Origin: a virus
Lineage: Duplodnaviria > Caudoviricetes
Length of the DNA stretch: 39,538 nt
Virus record (IMG/VR): IMGVR_UViG_3300026187_000002
Coordinates: 1 to 39,538 of that record
Strand: one strand, 5' to 3'
Shown: piece after piece, positions 32,943 through 39,538 of the stretch
Layout: the number at the start of each line of letters is the position of its first letter
How positions within the stretch are numbered: position 1 is the stretch's first letter
Position numbers and translations under genes: made by a program
The notes under the pieces: model-generated
Told to the model about the DNA's origin: nothing
Seen by the model: the letters and a program-made list of their open reading frames with translations, nothing else
Databases searched by the model: none

Positions 32943-35042
32943 ATGAGCGAAAAACTAAAAGCAATATTAGAAAACGAGATTGAAGATGCCATAGGTTATC
33001 TTGAAACCGAAACAACGGATGAAAGACAACAGGCACTCGAATACTATCTGCGTGAACCCTATGGTAACGAGGTAGAAGGTAAATCTCAAATTGTAACTGG
33101 TGAAGTTGCAGAAGTTGTTGACGGTGCATTACCTCAACTTATGCGCTTATTTGCATCCGGGGATAAGGTTGTGCAATTTGAACCTGTCAATGACGGTGAT
33201 CAACCATTTGCTAAACAAGCAACAGAATATGCTAATTGGGTGTTTAACAAAGACAACGATGGCTTTCTTGTTATGCACAATTGGTTTAAAGATGCACTCT
33301 TGCAAAAAGTAGGTGTTGTAAAAGCATATTGGGAAGATAAGATTGATGTAAAAAAAGAATCTTATGAATACTTATCTGAAGACGATTTAGCAGTTATTAT
33401 CAATGATGATGAAATAGAAGTTGTAGAAAAAGAATCTATAGAAAAATTAGTTCTTGAAGAACAACTTGGTCCTAATGGAGAAGTGCTAATCCCTGCTCAA
33501 TACGAATATTTTTATAACATTAAAGTTAAAAGATCAGAAAACAACGGCAAGGTAACTATTGAAAATGTTCCACCTGAAGAGTTCTTAATATCTAAACGTG
33601 CAAGAACAATTAGCGATGCACCTTTTGTCGCACATCGTAAAATGGTAACTCGTTCAGAGTTGATCGCTATGGGTTACGATGAAGATACTGTAATGGAGTT
33701 AGGGACTGGTGATGCACTAGAATTTAGTCCTGAAAGAATAGCACGATACACTCGTGGTGAACAACCGACTGACATGGATTCTGATGATGAATCTATGCAA
33801 TTAGTAGAAGTGTATGAATGTTATCTTAAAGTAGATGAAGACGATGATGGGATTGCTGAATACAAGCGTGTTGTTTACGCATCACACGAAATATTAGAAG
33901 AGCATGAATGTGATTACAACCCATTTCATTCTTTATGCCCAATTCCAATTCCACACAAGTTTTATGGTCAGTCATTAGCAGATCGTGCCATGGACTTACA
34001 ATTAATCAAGTCTACAGTTGTCAGACAGATGTTAGATAACTTATACCTTACTAATAACTATCGAGTTGGTGCAGTTGAAGGACAAGTTAATTTAGATGAC
34101 TTACTAACATCTACAGCAGGTGGTGTGGTTCGTATGAAGAATCCAAATGCTATTGTCCCTATGACAGTGCAATCTTCCGCTGGACAATCTTTCCCAATGT
34201 TAGAATACTTAGATGGTATTCAAGCTAGAAGAACAGGTATATCTGATTCTCAACAAGGCTTAGACCCTAATGTATTACAAAATGTTACTGCCGCAGCCGT
34301 CTCTGCGATGTCGGCAGCATCAACGGGTAAATTGGAACTAATCGCCCGGATCTTTGCAGAGACTGGCGTTACTTCTTTATTTAGAGGTATTTTACATTTA
34401 CTTTGTAAATATCAACAAAAAGAAAGAATTGTTCGTATCAACGGTCAGTTCATACCATTTAATCCTAGAGAATGGAAAAACAACTACAATGTAACTATCA
34501 ATGTAGGTCTAGGCACAGGTCAAAGACAAGAACAACTTTCTACTATGGCTATGATCTTGCAAAAACAAGAACAAATCTTACAACAGTATGGTTTATCTAA
34601 TCCTCTTGTAAATATAAAACAATACAGAGACACATTAGCTAAGTTTATTAATATGGCTGGATTCAAAGATTCTACTGAATTTATGAATGAAATTACACCT
34701 GAAATGAACGCTGCATTATCACAACCACAACCTGAGAAACCTGATCCAAATACACAAGCTGCTCAAGTGTTAGCACAAGTAGAGCGTGAGAAGGCTCAGT
34801 TGAAAGCACAAACAGACCAAGCTAAGTTACAGTTAGATCGTGAACAAATGCAATTAAAAGCACAACAAGAAGCATTAGAACTAAAACAAAAAGAAGTGCA
34901 ACAAACTGCTGATCTTGCATTAAAAGAACTGAAAATTAAGCTAGACGCTTCTAATGCAGATAAAAAATCACAATCTGACCAAACTAAAACAATCATGGAT
35001 GCGTTAGAAAAGATTAACAATATTGCTAATAGAGGTATGTAA
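32943..35042 (+). CDS. Portal protein (P22-like, with C-terminal helical barrel)
   Basis: 699 aa directly after terL; ENVPPEEF motif; Gln-rich coiled-coil C-terminus. Confidence 0.9.
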   Translation: MSEKLKAILENEIEDAIGYLETETTDERQQALEYYLREPYGNEVEGKSQIVTGEVAEVVDGALPQLMRLFASGDKVVQFEPVNDGDQPFAKQATEYANWVFNKDNDGFLVMHNWFKDALLQKVGVVKAYWEDKIDVKKESYEYLSEDDLAVIINDDEIEVVEKESIEKLVLEEQLGPNGEVLIPAQYEYFYNIKVKRSENNGKVTIENVPPEEFLISKRARTISDAPFVAHRKMVTRSELIAMGYDEDTVMELGTGDALEFSPERIARYTRGEQPTDMDSDDESMQLVEVYECYLKVDEDDDGIAEYKRVVYASHEILEEHECDYNPFHSLCPIPIPHKFYGQSLADRAMDLQLIKSTVVRQMLDNLYLTNNYRVGAVEGQVNLDDLLTSTAGGVVRMKNPNAIVPMTVQSSAGQSFPMLEYLDGIQARRTGISDSQQGLDPNVLQNVTAAAVSAMSAASTGKLELIARIFAETGVTSLFRGILHLLCKYQQKERIVRINGQFIPFNPREWKNNYNVTINVGLGTGQRQEQLSTMAMILQKQEQILQQYGLSNPLVNIKQYRDTLAKFINMAGFKDSTEFMNEITPEMNAALSQPQPEKPDPNTQAAQVLAQVEREKAQLKAQTDQAKLQLDREQMQLKAQQEALELKQKEVQQTADLALKELKIKLDASNADKKSQSDQTKTIMDALEKINNIANRGM

Positions 35043-35701
35043 TGTTACTTAACTACGGACTACAACAAAAAGCACCTAACATTGTATCTGCACCACAATC
35101 TTATATTGATAAAGATGCAATTCTAGGATTAACTCCTAGTCAATATGAAGGTTTAAAGTCTGTAGGTAATACTGGATACTTTTATGGTGACAATAGAATG
35201 TATGAACCATACAAAGTTCCTGCAACAACTTATTGGACAAAAGGTTCTGGCATACATAGTGGTTTAGGTGGTTCTGTGCAAAGACAATATCAACCAAGCA
35301 CTAATATTGCAGGTGTTACCCAACCAAGCAGACCATCAAATAATGTATTAGGATTTCCTAGTGGATATATAGCACAAGGCGGTGCAGAAACAGGCACAAT
35401 ATACAGAGGCACACAAGCATTTAGACCAGTTAATGTAGATGTAACAGGCTTTAGTAAATCTAAAGGTGATGATGATATTTATACATATGATCCATCTATG
35501 GCATACATTTATGCAAACACACCTAGACCTGCACCAGTGCAAACACCGAATATTATGTCATTCTTATCAGCACCTACACCAATGGCTGCACCAACAGGTA
35601 ATTATGGAGCAGGGAGATATTTAGGAAACACAGGATTATTAGGTGGTTTAGATTTTGGATTACCTAGCGGTCAATCTGCAAACACACAAGGAACAGCGTA
35701 A
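35042..35701 (+). CDS. Hypothetical Gly/Tyr/Pro-rich protein
   Basis: 219 aa; TAATG-coupled to the portal gene. Confidence 0.6.
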   Translation: MLLNYGLQQKAPNIVSAPQSYIDKDAILGLTPSQYEGLKSVGNTGYFYGDNRMYEPYKVPATTYWTKGSGIHSGLGGSVQRQYQPSTNIAGVTQPSRPSNNVLGFPSGYIAQGGAETGTIYRGTQAFRPVNVDVTGFSKSKGDDDIYTYDPSMAYIYANTPRPAPVQTPNIMSFLSAPTPMAAPTGNYGAGRYLGNTGLLGGLDFGLPSGQSANTQGTA

Positions 35702-36210
35702 TGGGATCACCAGCATTAGAAAATTTTTATAACGCATCTCAACAAGTTGCAAAATTAGCAAATGTTCCAGTTAGCCAAATAGTTCAAGTTGGTTATGATG
35801 AGCAAGGAAATCCTATATTTGATAAAGTGTCAAATTTAAACAAGCAAATTAATACGATTGCTACTGACATTTATAATGACTCACCTAATGACCCAAGATT
35901 TGCAACTGCTGACCCTAACTCTCCAAGTGGGTATTCAGTATTTAATGACCCAATTAGCAAATTTGATTTATTAACTAATTACAGACAAGTAAATGACAAA
36001 TATGTCCCATTATATGGATTAGAGCCATTACAATCTTACAATCAAAAAGTAAACCCAATATCTAATAACGCTTACTTTAATCGAGTTAATCCATACACTA
36101 GACAACTAGATGCGTTTACCAGTTTATTAAATCCTGCTGCACAATATGCACAAAAGCAGGGAAATCCAAACCCAGAAGCATCAATGGGTGATAACTATTC
36201 GGTAGGTTAA
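35701..36210 (+). CDS. Hypothetical protein
   Basis: 169 aa; TAATG-coupled. Confidence 0.6.
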   Translation: MGSPALENFYNASQQVAKLANVPVSQIVQVGYDEQGNPIFDKVSNLNKQINTIATDIYNDSPNDPRFATADPNSPSGYSVFNDPISKFDLLTNYRQVNDKYVPLYGLEPLQSYNQKVNPISNNAYFNRVNPYTRQLDAFTSLLNPAAQYAQKQGNPNPEASMGDNYSVG

Positions 36211-36211
36211 G

Positions 36212-36442
36212 ATGACTAGACAAGAAGCAATACGCAACATCCTTCAAGATGACGAGTTTAATAAAGTTATCCAAGAATTGCGTGAAAACCAAGTAAACAG
36301 AATTATCTACTCTAACGAAGACGATGCTAAAGAAAGAGAACAAGCATATGTCAGAGTTAAGACGATAGACGAACTCATGGGTTATCTTGAATCCATCGCT
36401 AAAGATAGCGAGATAAAAGATAAAGCATGGAAGATATTATAG
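36212..36442 (+). CDS. Small head-module protein
   Basis: 76 aa, helical (REQAY), immediately before the scaffold gene. Confidence 0.65.
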   Translation: MTRQEAIRNILQDDEFNKVIQELRENQVNRIIYSNEDDAKEREQAYVRVKTIDELMGYLESIAKDSEIKDKAWKIL

Positions 36443-36492
36443 ACTTTTCTATAATGGCAACCCTTGCCTAAAGGGAACATTAAGGAAATACA

Positions 36493-37515
36493 ATGAGTGA
36501 AGAAACCATGACACCAGAGACTGGTAGTGGAGAACTAACTGTGAGAGATGCTGCTACACAATTTGAAGGCTTCTTATCAGCAGGTGAGGAATCTACGGAT
36601 CAACCAGAAACTGTTGAAGCAGAGGCAACTGAAGAAAGTGTAGAAGAAGTAGTAGACGAATCAGGTGAAGAGGAAGTTGTAGCCGATGAGTCTATGGAAG
36701 CTCAAGATGAAGGTGATGAAGAAGTCGAGTATGAAGAAGAGGAGCTTGTAGAAGAAAATCCAACCTATACTGTAAAAGCAGCAGGTGAAGAGAAACAAGT
36801 AACCCTTGATGAATTAATGCAAGGCTATCAGCTTGGTGCAGATTACACGAAAAAGACTCAAGAAGTTGCTGAACAACGCAAAGCTATTGAAGCAGAGCAA
36901 CAGGCAATTGTTGAAGCGAAACAAGTTAGGGATACATATGCTCAACGGCTACAGGCTATTGAAGAATTTTTACAACAAGATTCTGAAACACCTGAATCAT
37001 TGGCCGCAATGAAAGAAAACGACCCAATAGGATACGCAGAAAAAGTCGCAGATATGACTTTAAAAAAAGAACAGTTAGCACAAGTTCGTGCTGAACAGCA
37101 ACGCCTTGCCCAACAGCAACAAGCGGAGCGTCAGCAAAACATGGCTAAACATATTCAACAGGAAGCACAAAAACTTTCACAAGTCCTACCAGAGTTTTCA
37201 GATCCAACCAAAGGCGAACAAATCAGAAATGAAATTCGCAATTATGGTAAGAGTGTAGGTTTTACAGACCAAGAGTTAGCTAATGTATACGATTCTCGTC
37301 ATGTATTAATGCTACACAAAGCGATGCAATACGATAAACTTCAAAAATCTAAACCGTCAGTAACCAAAAAGGTAGCGAAAGCTCCCAAGATGGTTAAACC
37401 TGGAACAAAGGTAAAAGAAGGCAATCGTGATCTTCGCAAAAAACAAATGAATAAGCTAAAGCAAACTGGTAAAGCTAGGGATGCTGCGGCTCTTTTTGAA
37501 AACTTTATATCATAA
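36493..37515 (+). CDS. Capsid scaffolding protein
   Basis: Very acidic N-terminus; VTLDELMQGY...DYTKKTQE; C-terminal LKQTGK.RDAA..F; precedes the capsid gene. Confidence 0.85.
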   Translation: MSEETMTPETGSGELTVRDAATQFEGFLSAGEESTDQPETVEAEATEESVEEVVDESGEEEVVADESMEAQDEGDEEVEYEEEELVEENPTYTVKAAGEEKQVTLDELMQGYQLGADYTKKTQEVAEQRKAIEAEQQAIVEAKQVRDTYAQRLQAIEEFLQQDSETPESLAAMKENDPIGYAEKVADMTLKKEQLAQVRAEQQRLAQQQQAERQQNMAKHIQQEAQKLSQVLPEFSDPTKGEQIRNEIRNYGKSVGFTDQELANVYDSRHVLMLHKAMQYDKLQKSKPSVTKKVAKAPKMVKPGTKVKEGNRDLRKKQMNKLKQTGKARDAAALFENFIS

Positions 37516-37529
37516 GGAAGTGAATAATT

Positions 37530-38513
37530 ATGGCAACATATCAAACCCATCAGGCAGTAGGTGAAAGAGAAGACCTAACTGATGTAATTTATAACATCTC
37601 TCCAACAGACACACCATTTATGTCATCTGTTGGTAAAACAAAAGCAACTGGTGTTTACCACGAGTGGCAAACAGACTCATTAGCTGCGGCTGATATTGAC
37701 AACGCAGCAGTTGAAGGTGCAGATGCTTCTTCAGCTACAATGTCTCCAACAGTTCGTGTTGGTAACTACACACAGATTTCACAAAAAACTATCCAAGTCG
37801 CTGGCACATTAGAGGCTGTTGATAAGGCTGGTCGTAAATCTGAAAAAGCATATCAGTTAAGCAAGGCTTCTGCTGAACTTAAACGAGATATGGAAAAAAT
37901 CTTGTTATCAAACAAAGCTGCTGGTGCAGGTTCATCATCTACAGCAAGAACTTTAGGTGGTTTACAAGCATGGCTAGAAACTAACGCATCTTTAGGTGCA
38001 ACTGGCGTTGCTGGTGCTGACGGCTCTACACAGCGTGTTTCTGGAACAGACAGAACATTTACAGAAGCTATTTTAAAAGCTAATGTTAAAGCTGTATATG
38101 AGCAAGGTGGCGATCCATCAGTTCTTATGGTAACTCCATCAGCTAAACAAACAGTATCAGGTTTTGCTGGTATTGCTGAACAGCGTTACATGGCTCCATC
38201 ACAAAAAGCAACAACTATCGTTGGTGCTGCTGATGTTTACTTATCAGACTTTGGCACATTATCTGTTGTTCCTAACAGATTTATGACTGCTGATATTGCT
38301 GGTAATGTAGGCACAGGCGGTGCTGGTCAAGACGATGGTGAAGTTGCATTTGTTTTAGACCCAGAATATGCTTCTATTGCATACTTACGCCCATTCGCTA
38401 CAAACGAATTGGCTAAAGCTGGTGACAGCGAAAAAACACAGCTTTTAGTTGAATACACACTAGAAGTTAAAAACGAAGCTGCACACGGCATTATTGCTGA
38501 TATTGCAGAGTAA
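37530..38513 (+). CDS. Major capsid protein (DUF5309/SU10-like)
   Basis: REDLTDVIYNISPTDTPF, HEWQTDSL, NYTQI, ELKRDME and EYTLEVKNE motifs; followed by a terminator. Confidence 0.9.
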   Translation: MATYQTHQAVGEREDLTDVIYNISPTDTPFMSSVGKTKATGVYHEWQTDSLAAADIDNAAVEGADASSATMSPTVRVGNYTQISQKTIQVAGTLEAVDKAGRKSEKAYQLSKASAELKRDMEKILLSNKAAGAGSSSTARTLGGLQAWLETNASLGATGVAGADGSTQRVSGTDRTFTEAILKANVKAVYEQGGDPSVLMVTPSAKQTVSGFAGIAEQRYMAPSQKATTIVGAADVYLSDFGTLSVVPNRFMTADIAGNVGTGGAGQDDGEVAFVLDPEYASIAYLRPFATNELAKAGDSEKTQLLVEYTLEVKNEAAHGIIADIAE

Positions 38514-38521
38514 TAGAATAT

Positions 38522-38547
38522 GACCCTCTTCGGAGGGTCTTTTCTTT
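38522..38547 (+). terminator. Intrinsic terminator after the capsid gene
   Basis: GACCCTC-TTCG-GAGGGTC followed by TTTTCTTT. Confidence 0.9.
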
Positions 38548-38556
38548 AGGATTGTT

Positions 38557-38874
38557 ATGGCAAAGCTAATACAAAAAGATGAAGTAAGAACACAAACAGC
38601 ACACGAAGCAGACAATGGTCAAATCGTAGTAGCTACTACACAAGATGTAACAGACATCGTAGAACAAAATAAACAAGAATACAACGCAACAAATGGTCGT
38701 TGGGGTGATGATGTCTTTGACAATAAGATTGCATCTATTCCACTGACAGTAATAGACGATTTAAACAAAGCAGGAATCATGCGTGGATTTGCAGTATTAG
38801 ATCAAAAGAAATTTAAAGCATGGTTAAATAACCCAGACAACAGATTCTTTAGAACAAGACAAGGCAGAGTATAA
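38557..38874 (+). CDS. Conserved head-module hypothetical protein
   Basis: QDVTDIVEQNK...IASIP...WLNNPDNRFFRT. Confidence 0.7.
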   Translation: MAKLIQKDEVRTQTAHEADNGQIVVATTQDVTDIVEQNKQEYNATNGRWGDDVFDNKIASIPLTVIDDLNKAGIMRGFAVLDQKKFKAWLNNPDNRFFRTRQGRV

Positions 38875-39494
38875 TGGCATTTACTAGCTATACAACATTA
38901 AAGACAAAGATAGGTGAGTATTTGGCTCGAACAGATTTAGATACACAAATACCTGACTTTATTCGTCTTGCAGAAGAAAGATTGCGTAGAGATTTACGCA
39001 TTAGACAAATGTTAAAAGTAGCTACAGCAACAGCAACTGCTGATGATTCTACAGTATCTCTACCATCTGACTTTCTTGCAATGAAAGATTTACACATAGA
39101 TGCAACTCCAGTCAGAGTATTGAAATTTCAAAACACATCTAACTTTTTTAGAAACGCTAGAGTTACAGATAAAGGCGTTCCTACTATGTATACATTATTA
39201 GGCAGTGAGTTTCAATTTGCTCCAGTTCCTGATACTGCATACACATTAAGAATGGTGTATTACCATAAACCTGATTTTTTATCAGACAGTAACGCATCTA
39301 ACTTATTTTTAGCTAACTGCCCAGATTTATTGTTATACGGTGCATTAGCAGAAGCAGAACCTTATCTTATGAATGATGAACGAATTCAAACTTGGGCATC
39401 TTTGTATGATCGAGGTCTAGCATCATTAAGAGCAAGTGATGATGATAGTGAATATCCATCTTCTCCAATGTCTATAACACTTTCAACGAGGTAA
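38874..39494 (+). CDS. Head-tail adaptor protein
   Basis: YTTLKT.I..YLARTDL...IPDFIRLAE...LPSDFL...PDLLLYGALAEAEPYL. Confidence 0.75.
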   Translation: MAFTSYTTLKTKIGEYLARTDLDTQIPDFIRLAEERLRRDLRIRQMLKVATATATADDSTVSLPSDFLAMKDLHIDATPVRVLKFQNTSNFFRNARVTDKGVPTMYTLLGSEFQFAPVPDTAYTLRMVYYHKPDFLSDSNASNLFLANCPDLLLYGALAEAEPYLMNDERIQTWASLYDRGLASLRASDDDSEYPSSPMSITLSTR

Positions 39495-39538
39495 ATTAAA
39501 ATGGCAGAATTTAGTAATTATTTAGAAAACGCATTTAT
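39436..39538. repeat. Direct terminal repeat, right copy
   Basis: Identical to 1-103. Confidence 0.95.

Overview
The window is an apparently complete, AT-rich dsDNA tailed-phage genome. Bases 1-103 repeat exactly at 39436-39538, giving a circular unit of about 39,435 bp. The morphogenesis module has a P22-like podovirus layout: terS, terL, portal, scaffold, capsid, adaptor, fibres, nozzle and ejection proteins, with no tape-measure or tail-tube gene seen. The early/middle region is lambdoid-style: SSAP, YqaJ exonuclease and SSB-like genes leftward; Cro-like, YdaU-type initiator with internal origin, DnaB-type helicase, NinB-like, C5 methyltransferase and Q-like genes rightward. No integrase or CI repressor was recognised. 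The main discovery is absent from the ORF track: a 23-aa pqqA gene (19579-19650, MWTKPSATEMRFGFEVTMYVCNK), the PQQ cofactor precursor peptide. It sits as a self-contained cassette (-10 box, 5' hairpin, RBS, terminator) antisense within the recombination operon, which suggests a PQQ-dependent methylotroph host (Methylophilaceae-like; inferred). Other notable signals: (1) a nested alternative-frame ORF inside the methyltransferase; (2) a small packaging-region protein with tandem copies of an ejection-protein motif; (3) a second copy of the origin iteron downstream of terS; (4) paired 19-bp-period repeats; (5) a secreted Cys-rich cassette in the lysis module; (6) K/R-rich microproteins between terS and terL; (7) a leftward cluster of small, probably first-entering genes. 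All family assignments come from motif recognition by eye, not database searches.
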